In this document: one piece after another, positions 36,917 to 47,704 of the stretch | How the letters are laid out: the number at the start of each line of letters is the position of its first letter | Position numbering within the stretch: position 1 is the stretch's first letter | Assembly (NCBI GenBank): GCA_963836185.1 | Contig: CAWIIQ010000003.1 | Span: 416,001-480,000, forward strand | Direction: 5' to 3' | DNA: 64,000 bases | DNA from: Candidatus Krumholzibacteriia bacterium | GTDB lineage: Bacteria; Krumholzibacteriota; Krumholzibacteriia; Krumholzibacteriales; Krumholzibacteriaceae | Position numbers and translations under genes: made by a program | Notes under the pieces: generated by a model | What the model was told of the DNA's origin: nothing | Database searches by the model: none | What the model saw: the letters and a program-made list of their open reading frames with translations, nothing else

Positions 36917-38840
36917 CTATTTGACCAATATCGTCCGTCCGGCCTTGTCTTCCGCCTCAAGCAGCAGCGCACGCAGGTGCGGCCACCCTTCCGGCTCTAC
37001 CTTGCCGCCGGCCAGTGTCAGGCTGCGTTCTATTGTCACCCAGCCTTCATTCATCTCCACAGATATCGTGAAGCTTCCCGCCTCGTTCTTCAGTGAGCGG
37101 GCCTCAGGCAGGTGAAGGATGCTCTTCTTGCTTGCCTTTACGCGGACCTTCACCGTCTGCGACATCGCGCCGGGTATTATGACCGGCGATGTTCGCTGAG
37201 CATGATAGAGGTGGACATCGGCAGGGAGAACACCGGCGATACCACCGAGAGGGTCTCCGATCGTGATTCCCATGCGGCCGTGTCCGTCTGGCTCAGTTTT
37301 TTTCATCTCAAATTCGAAACCCGCAGCTACGTGAGTCTTCTCGAAGGCCGCCGGGTTGTATCCGGTCACTTCGGCGCCGGCAACGACCGATCCGGCGATC
37401 GCGTTGATCGCTGCTTTCGCCTCACCGCCGAGGCCGGTCATGTCTGCATACGGGCAGAAGATGCCGTCTGCGTCGAGATACCCCGTCCCCGTCCATCCCT
37501 CTTTGCCCGGTTCGAGAGTCATTGTGATATCGATCGAGCTCGGCCCGGCATCGGCCGGAGGATAGCTCCAGGGCGCGTCATCCGAGGCAGGTTTCCACGC
37601 CGTTCTGCCGAATACCGCGCGCGGTCCTTCCGAGAGTGTTCCCGCGGCAGGGTCATATATCGCCCTGAACGATCCGCTGTGAACACAGATCCTCATCTCG
37701 CCGAACCGGACGAGTCCCGGAAGGTCTGCGTCAACCCCGCTCGGTCCTGACGAGACCAGTACCGGCTCCGCTTTCAATCCCGCTTCACCGAACATCGCAG
37801 CGGCCAGCACGGCCCGGTCGAGTGCGTGCCCGTATGCAGTCTCATAGGTGCGTGATGCCGGGCGGGGAGAGAACTGCCAGTAGCGTGAATCGTAATGTAT
37901 GCTTCGGGTATACTTGTTGACGAGCTCGGCGACCTTTCTCGCCCTGGCCGCTTCACTCGGCTCGTGTTTCAGAGGTCCCCTGATCTTGTCTTTCAGTTCC
38001 GTGTCCGGGGTTGACCGCTTCGTCAAAGCTGGCCATGACCGCGTCTCTGACTGCTGCCCAGTCCGGCCAGGTCGACCAGGCCACTGCTGGCGCGTAGACC
38101 GCAGGATCGGCGATCCTCGGCGAACCGAGCCTGTCGAGGTTCTCCAGCGTGACAATATGGATCGCTTTACTGTCGCCTCCCGCTTCATCGGGAACGGGGG
38201 CGCCGTTGTATCCCTTGATCCGCAGGGTGACATCGTCGGGCAGGGTTATCTTCAGTTCGGCCTTCACGACAGGGTCCCTGCGCTGCATGACGAAGAATCC
38301 GTCGTGTCCGGTCGCTCCGGGCTGTTCCTCTATCTCGTAAGCGGTCTCCATGATGCATGGCAGCTCTACACCGTCGTGAAGGAGCATCGCCTCGCGCATC
38401 ATCGTGTAATCATCAGCGGTGGCGACGGCGCCGGGAAGGGTCTCGACGACCGCGGTCGGGCTCACCTTTGACTCGTGCGGCCACCACCTGCCCTCGCGCC
38501 AGGTCCTGAGAAGGTGCACCCTGAATGTCGAGACGGCCGAGTTCCAGGGGATCCTCAGGTCCGCGTGGTCGCGCAGCCCGGGCGGCGTTCCGATCCAGAC
38601 GACGCGGTGGACCGTTGTCCGTCGTCCGCCGTTTTCGAGGATCGTCTCGTGCCTGCTCTCGAGGAGCAGGATCGCGTCGTGCTTTGTGATGTCGAACTCT
38701 TTCTGAGCCTGCGACCAGAGGGCATCGAGGTCATGGCCGCGGGATGTGCCCATCGTCTCCGCGCCGGATGCGCCCGCCGCGGCGAGCGAAAGGAGGGCAA
38801 TGACGATCGCTGTTCTGATTGTATTCCGGTAGTTCATCAC
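36917..38840 (-). CDS. DUF3857 / transglutaminase-like / DUF3858 protein, probably catalytically inactive; frameshift near 38010
   Basis: ORFs 37953-38840 and 36917-38233 join at a GGGGTT run; GHALDRA occupies the GxCxD position. Confidence 0.75.
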
Positions 38841-40891
38841 TTGCCTCCTTTCTCGATGCGGTAGACATTTCCGCCGAACTCCTTCGCCTCATCCATCGCT
38901 TTCTTGAATCCCCCGTATCCGTCAGGCGGTATCTGCCGCCTTCTTATCTCGGCATGCTGACTTATCTTCAGCACTCGTCCATCCATCTCGCTCGTTCCAT
39001 TGAATGCGGCGTATGTCTCGTCGATCTTTTCCGACGACGGCGGATCGACCGCCTTGAATCCCTTCGGCAGGCGGATCTTCTCCGTTCCGTCTATCAGCTG
39101 GGTGTAATAGAGGAAAACGTCGGTCTCGCGCTCATCCTCCCAGCGCGCCGTGGCGGCGCGGAAGAGGTTGCCGTTGTTGATCACTACCTGCATCATCGGG
39201 CTCTGGAACTCGAAGCCGTCCGCTATCGGGTCGGCGAAACGGGGGATGCGGTACTTGATCTCGATCCACATGTCCTTGCTGAAATCCTCGGGCGTATGAT
39301 GAGTGATACTGATCCCCTCGACGCGGTCGCTCACGTGGGCGAAGAGCTGCGCCACGGTATGTTCGACATCCTGGCGCCTCGTATTGGCGACCATCCGGCG
39401 CAGCCTCCCATCGAGGGCTCCCGATCCGGACATTTTCAGCGTTCCCTCAAGCGTGCCGTCAGCGCTCATCTTAGCGTCGTGCCTGACTATAAGGGGTGAT
39501 TCTTCCGGGGGAGAGTAATCGATACGCGAGAGGAACTCTCCATCGGGCGTGCCGACGAGGTAATGCTGCTCGGCCTCGAGCAGGGACCAGATCGAGTTGT
39601 TGTACGGCACCCAGGTCGGGTCGTACATCTCGAATGTCCCGTCCTCTTTCTTCAGGGCGCAGACACAGTGGTTGAACTGGTCGGCCGGTACGAGGTCGAT
39701 CCTGCTTCCCGCCATCGTCATAGCGGCGTAGCTGTCCATCCCCGCTCCGCGCATCATCGCGATCAGCATCCCCGCTATGTCCTTGCAGACTCCGCTGCGC
39801 TGCTCGAATATCATCGTCGACGGATGCAGGGTGAATCCCTCGCCCTCGCCCATCGTCTGGCCGCTGTACCGGATGTTCTGCGCGACCCAGTGGACAAGCG
39901 CCTTGGCTTTCTTCTCCTCGGACGCATTCGAGACCCCGGCATCTTTCAAGATCTCGTCGACCTTTTCCTGTATCTCCGGCGACACCTCGAACTGGTCGCG
40001 GTTCACGTCGAAGAACCAGCGGCTCTTCGCCTCCCAGCTCTCGGCGGTCGCCATCACGGCCTTGGGAACGAAGTCGCTGCGGTCCGGCTGGCGCGTCTCG
40101 TGCTTTGCCGCAGGGAGATTCAGTCCCCACCACGAATACTCGGTCCTGTCGCCATCGTAGGTAGTGGCCGAGTAGAGGGGACCGTTGTAGATCTCCGAAT
40201 GGAGCCGCTTGCCGGCAGGCAGGCTGAGTATGTATTTCTTCTCGATGATCGGCGCAGAGCCGGCAAACAGGACTATATCGAAATATTCGCCCGGCATCGG
40301 CGGGATGTATCGGTCATCGTCGGGGGCCCCGGCCGATGTGTCCTGCGGCGGGCCGTCGAGCAGGGCGTATGTGAATCCCTTTCGGAAGACCGTTATCTCG
40401 ATCCCGTCGTTTATCTCAAGCCTCGGCAGCTGCAGGGTCTTGATCCTGTCCTTCCAGTATATCGCCCGCTGGGGCGCCGGCAGTTCATGGACCTTTGAGA
40501 CGTCGACCGGGATCTTTTTTCCGTCGCGGATGATATTTACCTCTCGCACCTCTACATAGCTGCTCTGCGGGTCGAAGTTCCACCTCAGGACCGACCTGTC
40601 GCGGCAGCCGGCATCGGTGAGGACCTTGTAGATGATGTAGCTGTCTACGTAGGTGACCCCGGAGGGCTTCATGTGATTCTTCGCGTAGTCGTAGACGACG
40701 AGGTGATCCGCCCCTTTATGATCGTCGGCGGTCCCGGCGTCTTCGACGCGAGAGAATACGTCCGCGGGCGGTTTCTCGCCGGGTGGGGGTCCTGTCTCGT
40801 CGGCGAAGGCCGGCGAGATAGAGAGGATGCACATTAAAAGTGCGAGGATGATGATCGAAGCTGGACGTCCGGCCGGTCTGCTGGCGCTCAA
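38837..40891 (-). CDS. DUF3857 / transglutaminase / DUF3858 protein
   Basis: GGAGG RBS + TTG start; WVAQNIRY, GVCKD, FNHC, YDPT triad. Confidence 0.88.
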   Translation of the reverse strand: MSASRPAGRPASIIILALLMCILSISPAFADETGPPPGEKPPADVFSRVEDAGTADDHKGADHLVVYDYAKNHMKPSGVTYVDSYIIYKVLTDAGCRDRSVLRWNFDPQSSYVEVREVNIIRDGKKIPVDVSKVHELPAPQRAIYWKDRIKTLQLPRLEINDGIEITVFRKGFTYALLDGPPQDTSAGAPDDDRYIPPMPGEYFDIVLFAGSAPIIEKKYILSLPAGKRLHSEIYNGPLYSATTYDGDRTEYSWWGLNLPAAKHETRQPDRSDFVPKAVMATAESWEAKSRWFFDVNRDQFEVSPEIQEKVDEILKDAGVSNASEEKKAKALVHWVAQNIRYSGQTMGEGEGFTLHPSTMIFEQRSGVCKDIAGMLIAMMRGAGMDSYAAMTMAGSRIDLVPADQFNHCVCALKKEDGTFEMYDPTWVPYNNSIWSLLEAEQHYLVGTPDGEFLSRIDYSPPEESPLIVRHDAKMSADGTLEGTLKMSGSGALDGRLRRMVANTRRQDVEHTVAQLFAHVSDRVEGISITHHTPEDFSKDMWIEIKYRIPRFADPIADGFEFQSPMMQVVINNGNLFRAATARWEDERETDVFLYYTQLIDGTEKIRLPKGFKAVDPPSSEKIDETYAAFNGTSEMDGRVLKISQHAEIRRRQIPPDGYGGFKKAMDEAKEFGGNVYRIEKGGK

Positions 40892-40919
40892 GGCGACCTC
40901 CTGTTGATGATTGTAAATC

Positions 40920-41936
40920 TCACAAAAATAGAAACGTAATAATAAAAAAAATAGCGAATACAGACGGGAAGAGTATTCTGGCGGCATTATCGAATTTCTC
41001 AGCCAGAGTATTATGTCCGTTGTCAGAGAGCGTACCTGTTGTCACAGCTTCTACCAGGGCGAGAAATACAAATGCCGTCGATCCCGTGATGAAGATGTCC
41101 ATCCTCGTCAGGTACGGGACCGGTGGAAGGACAGTGGCAATGGCGAACCTGTAGGCAATAAGTGTCAGCATTGATGTCGCAGCCATCGTCAACTGCGAGC
41201 CAAGATGATGCGGCTTCACGAAAAATACACTCCACGACATCATGACGATCAGGATCAGAGGTATGACGACGCTCCACACGTAATAGTTGGATTTTCTGCT
41301 GCCTTCCAACATGATCTCGAACTGCAGGAATTCCCTTCCGTCGAGAACACGGAATACTCCCGTTTTCGGAATAACATCTCCCAGGGTCCAGTTGGGTATA
41401 GAGAATACTTCGGCCCTGCTGATAGTCGCTTCTGTGAAAACGAGGTGAATATCTGACGGCGGATGATCGACCGTTCCCATAGTGATTCTGATAGTTCTTT
41501 TATCAAAGGGGAACTGGTGGATATCGGCTATTGTAGTGAAGATGCCCGTATAGCGCTGTTCGTATATGACAATTCCAGAATTGTCGATGCGCGCTACTTC
41601 AGGGAAGTGCTTCTTTACATCCCTCTGATTGAGAATCCGCAGGCGAGGGTTCCAGATGTCGGAAAGGGGGAGGGCGATCACTTTATTCTCATCGGGCCGG
41701 GTTAGCCTCGGGTCGTGCCACTCCAGGCGGATAGAAAAATCGGCCAGGAAAGTCTGTTCGTGGTCGTCTATCTTCGCGATGTCGATGACGTATAGTTCTA
41801 TGGTTACTTCGGTCGGCTCTCCATCGGTGCCTGGCCGTGCTATCATCCCCGCGTCGATATCGACCGCGGCAGAAGGTATTGTGATAGAAGCCGTAAGAAT
41901 GATCGTTAAAGCAGCGATTATAGTCAGTGTCTTCAT
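40920..41936 (-). CDS. Pentameric ligand-gated ion channel (GLIC/ELIC-type)
   Basis: Signal peptide; WHDPRL, IWNPRLRILN, FPFD Pro-loop, M1 IPLILIVMMSW, M2-M3 LPPVPYLTRMD, four TM helices. Confidence 0.92.
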   Translation of the reverse strand: MKTLTIIAALTIILTASITIPSAAVDIDAGMIARPGTDGEPTEVTIELYVIDIAKIDDHEQTFLADFSIRLEWHDPRLTRPDENKVIALPLSDIWNPRLRILNQRDVKKHFPEVARIDNSGIVIYEQRYTGIFTTIADIHQFPFDKRTIRITMGTVDHPPSDIHLVFTEATISRAEVFSIPNWTLGDVIPKTGVFRVLDGREFLQFEIMLEGSRKSNYYVWSVVIPLILIVMMSWSVFFVKPHHLGSQLTMAATSMLTLIAYRFAIATVLPPVPYLTRMDIFITGSTAFVFLALVEAVTTGTLSDNGHNTLAEKFDNAARILFPSVFAIFFIITFLFL

Positions 41937-42104
41937 GATATTGTTCCGCCTTGTAAATATGGTCATTGAAATCCGGGCGAGTATAACTGAAATCCCCGCC
42001 AAATTCCAGTATTCAGGGCAATCGGTCCTCACCACACCCGAAATCGTTGTTGTTGATATCGTGGACGGTATACGTGGTATAATCGCCCCATCCAGAGGAC
42101 TCAC

Positions 42105-44732
42105 ATGATAGGCAAAAACATATCTCACTATACGATACTCGAGGAGCTCGGGCGGGGTGGAATGGGTGTGGTCTACCTCGCCGAGGATACAAAGCTCGAC
42201 CGGACAGTTGCGCTTAAATTTCTCGCGTCACGCGCGATAGGCGGAGAAGAGGACAGGGCACGCTTTCTCCACGAAGCGAAGGCCGCGGCAGCGCTCAGCC
42301 ATCCGAACATATGCACGATCTACGAGGTCGACGAGGCTGACGGGCAGCCGTTCATCGCGATGCAGCATGTAACAGGGCAGGACCTCGGTGATCGTATAGC
42401 GCTGGGTCCTCTCAAGATAGATGCAGTTGTAGATATCGTTCTTCAGGCTGCCGCCGGTCTCCAGGATGCCCACGAGAAGGGGATCGTTCACCGCGACATC
42501 AAGCCGGCCAACATCATGATAAGCGACAAGGGCCGGGTGAAGATCATGGACTTCGGCCTGGCCAAGGCGCTCGGACGGACGATGCTGACGAGGGCCGACT
42601 CCACGCTGGGCACTTACGCGTACATGTCTCCTGAGCAGTCGAGGGGAGATGACGTCGACAGTCGAAGCGACATATGGTCGCTCGGTGTAGTCATGTACGA
42701 GATGATAACGGGCCGACAGCCGTTCAAGGGGGATTATGAGCAGGCTGTAGTCTACTCGATCATGAACGAGGAGCCGGAACCGTTGACTGCCCTTCGTACC
42801 GGAGTATCATTGGAGCTCGAGCGCATCGTCATGAAATGCCTGCGAAAGGATCCGGGCAGGAGATACCAGGGGATGGCGGATCTGATGGCCGACCTGAAGC
42901 AGGCCGGGGAGGGTTCCGGGAGGATTGCAGGACGGAAATCCGCCTCAAGGTCTCCTGTAGCTCGCTGGCCATGGATCGCCGCGGCCGTTCTGCTCGTCGT
43001 CTCGGTGGCATTGATCGGTCCGAAGATTATCCACAGGAATCAGGAAACAACACCTGTGGATACGAGGAAGATGCTCGTCGTGCTCCCCTTCGAGAACCTC
43101 GGCTCTCCCGATGACGAATATTTCGCCGACGGGATGGCTGAGGAGATCACAAGCCGCCTGGCGGTGGTGAGCGGCCTCGGTGTGATATCGCGCACAAGCG
43201 CTGTCCAGTACGACAGCGAGGGGAAGACGCTCCGTGAGATCGGAGAGGATCTTGGCGTCGATTACGTGCTTGAGGGAACGGTGCGCTGGAGCAAAGGCGC
43301 CGAGGGAGGTAACCGCGTCAGGGTCACTCCGCAGCTTATCCAGGTATCGGACGATACGCATCTCTGGGCGGAGACGTATGACAGGGTGCTGGAAGACATT
43401 TTCGCTGTTCAATCGGAGATCGCGGAGAAGATAATCGGGCAACTCGGCGTGAAGATGCTCGAGCGTGAACGTGAACTCATCGAAGCAAGACCCACCGAGA
43501 ACCTGCTCGCATATGAGACCTACCTGCGGGGTATCAACTATGCGCGGGGTGCGGGCGCTGTCGAGGAAAGATGGGAAAAGGCGGAGACCCTGCTGAAGCA
43601 GGCGACCGAACTCGATCCAGGATTTGCGCTGGCCTACGCGAGACTGTCGATAGTCCATTCCGAATTCTACTTCTGGGGATACGACAGGACATCCGGGCGC
43701 GTGGTCAAGGCAAAAGCTGCAGCTGATAAAGCCTGCGAGATAGACCCCGGCCTTCCCGAATGTTCTGCCGCTCTTGGCTCCTATTACTACATATGTCATC
43801 AGGATTTCGAAACAGCCCTGCATTACCACTCGATCGCGTTACGCAGCATGCCAAACAATCCGGAGGAGATCGAGGCGATCGCATATATCTGGCGACGACA
43901 GGGACTTTTCGAGGAGGCCCTCGAGTATCTAGAGAAGGCGGCTGTGCTTGCTCCCGGGCAGTACTGGTACCAGATGCAGATGGGAATTACGAATATGTTC
44001 CTGAGAAGATACGAAGAGGCGGACAGGCAATTCGTCCGCTCGCTTGAGCTCGAACCGGACCAGGTCGCGTCATATACGATGCGATGGATCAACGGGCTTC
44101 TCTGGACAGGAGATATTCCCAGATCCCGTGCGATACTTGAAGCGGCCCCTCAAGCGAGGTGGAATGAGCTGGCGGTGGGTTTCTACAGCCAGTGTATGGC
44201 GGAGAGGGATCCCGAGGGGGCTCTCAGGGAACTCAGGGTGATGCCTGAGACAGAGACTTACTTCTTTGGCAGGGATCTCACTGTCCGGCCTCTCCTCGAA
44301 GGATTAGCATACAGGATGATGGGTGACTCCTCCATGGCTCGCGAGCGATTCAGGTCGGCTGAGGTTATCCTGGAAGAACGGGCTGGTAATAGCGGAGGCG
44401 ACAGGGTGCTGGAAAGCACTGTCCGCAGTTCTCTCGGTAAGGCCTACGCCGGTCTCGGGCGAAAAGATGACGCTATCCGTGAGGGGCAGCGGGCCATTGA
44501 GCTTGTGAAATGGGACAAGCTTCTGTCGAAATACAGGATTTGGGATATGGCAGTCATATATATCATGGTCGGTGAATATGATGCGGCAATGGATAATCTC
44601 GAGCATCTTCTCTCTACGCCTGCCCTCGTTTCAGTTCCACACATTGTTGCCTCATCAATGGTCGATCCGATCCGCGAGCTTCCCCGTTACAAGAATATCA
44701 TCAGAAAGTACTCCGGGAGGGGCGGTTCATGA
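42105..44732 (+). CDS. Ser/Thr protein kinase with TM, TolB-like and TPR domains (paralog of 24717)
   Basis: LGRGGMG, HRDIKPAN, DFG, YMSPE; LVVLPFENL; TPR repeats. Confidence 0.95.
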   Translation: MIGKNISHYTILEELGRGGMGVVYLAEDTKLDRTVALKFLASRAIGGEEDRARFLHEAKAAAALSHPNICTIYEVDEADGQPFIAMQHVTGQDLGDRIALGPLKIDAVVDIVLQAAAGLQDAHEKGIVHRDIKPANIMISDKGRVKIMDFGLAKALGRTMLTRADSTLGTYAYMSPEQSRGDDVDSRSDIWSLGVVMYEMITGRQPFKGDYEQAVVYSIMNEEPEPLTALRTGVSLELERIVMKCLRKDPGRRYQGMADLMADLKQAGEGSGRIAGRKSASRSPVARWPWIAAAVLLVVSVALIGPKIIHRNQETTPVDTRKMLVVLPFENLGSPDDEYFADGMAEEITSRLAVVSGLGVISRTSAVQYDSEGKTLREIGEDLGVDYVLEGTVRWSKGAEGGNRVRVTPQLIQVSDDTHLWAETYDRVLEDIFAVQSEIAEKIIGQLGVKMLERERELIEARPTENLLAYETYLRGINYARGAGAVEERWEKAETLLKQATELDPGFALAYARLSIVHSEFYFWGYDRTSGRVVKAKAAADKACEIDPGLPECSAALGSYYYICHQDFETALHYHSIALRSMPNNPEEIEAIAYIWRRQGLFEEALEYLEKAAVLAPGQYWYQMQMGITNMFLRRYEEADRQFVRSLELEPDQVASYTMRWINGLLWTGDIPRSRAILEAAPQARWNELAVGFYSQCMAERDPEGALRELRVMPETETYFFGRDLTVRPLLEGLAYRMMGDSSMARERFRSAEVILEERAGNSGGDRVLESTVRSSLGKAYAGLGRKDDAIREGQRAIELVKWDKLLSKYRIWDMAVIYIMVGEYDAAMDNLEHLLSTPALVSVPHIVASSMVDPIRELPRYKNIIRKYSGRGGS

Positions 44733-46543
44733 AAGGCGGAGAGAATACCCTGACGATCTGCGGTGTCTTCTCCGAATCGGTCCGTCTCCACAGCGACAAG
44801 ACCGCGCTTCAGTACAAGGACAGCACAGGGAAGTACCGGGGGATCAGCTACGGGGAGCTCGACCGGCTTTCCGGCCAGCTCGCCTCTTCGCTGCGCGGGC
44901 TGGGAGTCAGGCGGGGAGACAGGGTCGCCGTCATCTCATACCACGGCCCCGAGTGGGTCATAGCCGACCTTGCCGTACTCAAACTCGGAGCTGTCATCGT
45001 TCCTGTCTATCATACGCTGACACCATCGGCGATGAGCTATATACTCTCCGACGCCGGATGCAGACTCGTCTTTGTCGAGAACGCACTGATGCTTTCGTCA
45101 GTCGATGCGGTCAAGGAGGATCTGCCCACTCTCGAGCACGCCGTGATGTTCGAGGACGAGGGAGAATGCAGGAGGGACACCTGCCTCTATATCAAGGATC
45201 TTATCGATGGTGGTCATGGGACGGGCGAGACCACGATAGATCTGCCTGATGTATCTCCAGATGATACCGCCACGATAGTCTATACGTCGGGCACCACGGG
45301 TGAGCCGAAGGGCGTGGTCCTCTCGCACGGGAACATCGCCTCTAACGCGCTGGCTATCGCGGCGAGATTCAGGGTCAACAGCGAGGATTCCTTCCTCTCG
45401 TTCCTGCCCCTCTGCCACATGCTCGAGAAGACGTGCGGTTACTATGCGATGCTGTTCAGTGGGGTGACAATAGCTTACGCGGGTGACCTGACGACGATAG
45501 TCGATGACGTTCAGACGATAAGGCCTACGATCCTGATAATAGTGCCTCGTGTCGTCGAGAAGATATATGAAGCGGTCGAGAAGAAGGTGCTGGATAGCTC
45601 CGTTGTCAGGCGAAGCATGGTCCTTGGCGCGATCCGTGTGCTGAACGAGCGCACCAACCGCGAGTACAGGGGGGAGAGTATCTCTCCGTCACTGAGATTC
45701 AGGGCAGCGCTTGCTGACCGGTTCGTCGCATCGAAGTTCAGGATGATCGCCGGCGGAAGGGTCCGCCTGCTTGTCTCGGGGGGCGCCCCCCTCGACAGGG
45801 GGCTGGCCAAGACGCTCCTTGTCCTTGGATTCAATATCCTCGAAGGGTACGGGTTGACAGAGGCGTCGCCTGTGGTCGCTTCGGCGCTGCTCGAGGACAA
45901 CAGGCTCGGCACGGTCGGCAAGCCTCTCGATGGTGTCGACATAAGGATCGGCGGCGACGACGAGATTCTCGTGCGCGGCCCGAACGTCATGAAGGGATAT
46001 TTTAACAGACCGGATGAGACGGCTAAGGTGATAGATTCCGACGGGTGGCTTCATACGGGTGACCAGGGAAGGTTCGACGAGCAGGGCAACCTGATAATAA
46101 CGGGCAGGATCAAGGAACTGATTGTCACTTCGTACGGGAAGAATGTCGCCCCGGTCCCTATCGAGGCGGAGATCACTAAGAGCCCGTACATCGACCAGGC
46201 GCTTCTGTACGGCGACAATAGAAAATACATAACGGCGCTTGTCGTTCCCGAGAAATGCGCCATCGAGGGTTACGCGCGGGAGAACGACCTGATCTCGACC
46301 GGGTACGAGGAACTTCTCGGGAGCGGCGAGATCAGGAAACTGATCGCGGGTGAGATCGAGAAGGCTACGGCTGACCGTGCCAGGTACGAGAAGGTCAAAT
46401 CGTTCTCCATCGTGCCGGAGAGCTTCACCGTCGCTAACAAGCTCCTTACGCCGACTCTGAAACTGAGAAGAAAACGTGTGATAGATAAATACAGTGACGT
46501 GATCGCGGCCATGTACGACGGCCGGGATGGAGGGACGGGATGA
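44729..46543 (+). CDS. Long-chain fatty acid-CoA ligase (AMP-binding)
   Basis: YTSGTTGEPKG, EGYGLTE, GWLHTGD, GRIKELI, LTPTLKLRR. Confidence 0.93.
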   Translation: MKGGENTLTICGVFSESVRLHSDKTALQYKDSTGKYRGISYGELDRLSGQLASSLRGLGVRRGDRVAVISYHGPEWVIADLAVLKLGAVIVPVYHTLTPSAMSYILSDAGCRLVFVENALMLSSVDAVKEDLPTLEHAVMFEDEGECRRDTCLYIKDLIDGGHGTGETTIDLPDVSPDDTATIVYTSGTTGEPKGVVLSHGNIASNALAIAARFRVNSEDSFLSFLPLCHMLEKTCGYYAMLFSGVTIAYAGDLTTIVDDVQTIRPTILIIVPRVVEKIYEAVEKKVLDSSVVRRSMVLGAIRVLNERTNREYRGESISPSLRFRAALADRFVASKFRMIAGGRVRLLVSGGAPLDRGLAKTLLVLGFNILEGYGLTEASPVVASALLEDNRLGTVGKPLDGVDIRIGGDDEILVRGPNVMKGYFNRPDETAKVIDSDGWLHTGDQGRFDEQGNLIITGRIKELIVTSYGKNVAPVPIEAEITKSPYIDQALLYGDNRKYITALVVPEKCAIEGYARENDLISTGYEELLGSGEIRKLIAGEIEKATADRARYEKVKSFSIVPESFTVANKLLTPTLKLRRKRVIDKYSDVIAAMYDGRDGGTG

Positions 46544-47637
46544 ACGGAACACTCTTTATGACGGGAGTGACCGGGTATATAGGTTCGAGCCTTCTGCAGA
46601 AGTACCTCGATGAAACAGAGATGGAGATCGATCTTCTCGTCCGAGGCCGGCGCGAGAAGAGCCCGGGCGACAGGCTGGATGCAGTGTTGGCGGAGCTATA
46701 CCCCGGAGATGATACGGGGAGATACGCGGAGAGGATCAGGGTGCACGAGGGGGATCTCGCCTTTGAGAACCTCGGGCTCGACAAGAATGAATACAGCGAT
46801 CTCGCTTCACGGACCACGCGAATCATCCACTGCGCGGCGGCCGCCCGGTTCGATCTCGACCTGGAGGACGCGCGCTCGATCAATGTCGGAGGTACCCGCA
46901 ACATGCTCGATCTGGCGCAGTCGTGCACCGGCCTCGAGAAGTTCGACTATATAGGCACAGCATACGTTTCAGGCGGCAGGAACGGGCTTATCCTCGAGGA
47001 CGAACTCGACACCGGACAGGAGCACCGTAATACGTACGAGCGGAGCAAGATGGAAGCGGAGAAGGTCGTACGCGGACACTTCGGAGAACTGCCGATAACC
47101 GTCATGCGCCCCAGTATCGTGATCTGCGACTCGAAGACGGGCCGTGCTTCCGACTTCAACGGGTTCTACAGAGCGCTGCGGCTCTACTGGCACGGATTGA
47201 TGAAGATGCTCCCGGGCGATCCGTCGTGCCGGATGGATCTCGTTCCGGTCGATTACGTGACCGACGCAATATTTGCCCTTTCCGGAAGCGAGGCAAGTAT
47301 CGGCAGGGGGTATCATCTGACGACCGGGGCTGAAAAGGCTGCGACTCTTGCTGAGATCAGTGATCTGTCAGCCGAGCATTTTGGGCTGGATCCATTCACG
47401 ATAATCCCTCCCGAACATTTTCTCGCCGGGCTGTCGGCGAGAAAAAGTGAGCTGACCGATGACGAGAAACAGGCGGCGGAGGAACTGAAGCTGTACATGC
47501 CCTATCTCAGCACGAAGATGTCTTTCGACAATTCAGGCGCTGTCCGGGACGCCGGACTCGAACCACCGCCTGTAGGTGAGTACTTCGGCACGATGGCCCG
47601 CTATATCAAGGAGCGTGAGCCCCGGGGCCTCGCTTGA
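46540..47637 (+). CDS. Extended SDR thioester reductase (NAD_binding_4 / fatty acyl-CoA reductase-like)
   Basis: TGVTGYIG, GDL...LGL, IIHCAA, NTYERSK, RPSIV, DLVPVDYV. Confidence 0.88.
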   Translation: MNGTLFMTGVTGYIGSSLLQKYLDETEMEIDLLVRGRREKSPGDRLDAVLAELYPGDDTGRYAERIRVHEGDLAFENLGLDKNEYSDLASRTTRIIHCAAAARFDLDLEDARSINVGGTRNMLDLAQSCTGLEKFDYIGTAYVSGGRNGLILEDELDTGQEHRNTYERSKMEAEKVVRGHFGELPITVMRPSIVICDSKTGRASDFNGFYRALRLYWHGLMKMLPGDPSCRMDLVPVDYVTDAIFALSGSEASIGRGYHLTTGAEKAATLAEISDLSAEHFGLDPFTIIPPEHFLAGLSARKSELTDDEKQAAEELKLYMPYLSTKMSFDNSGAVRDAGLEPPPVGEYFGTMARYIKEREPRGLA

Positions 47638-47704
47638 TCCGGAATGTCGACGGGCAGGACTTTTCCGGTACCTGCCTGAGAACACAACCTGTATAATCCG
47701 CTGC

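Noticed and set aside
24717-44732. Two similar kinases as a recent duplication or assembly artefact
   Set aside because: The TPR halves are highly divergent; this is an ordinary expanded paralog family.
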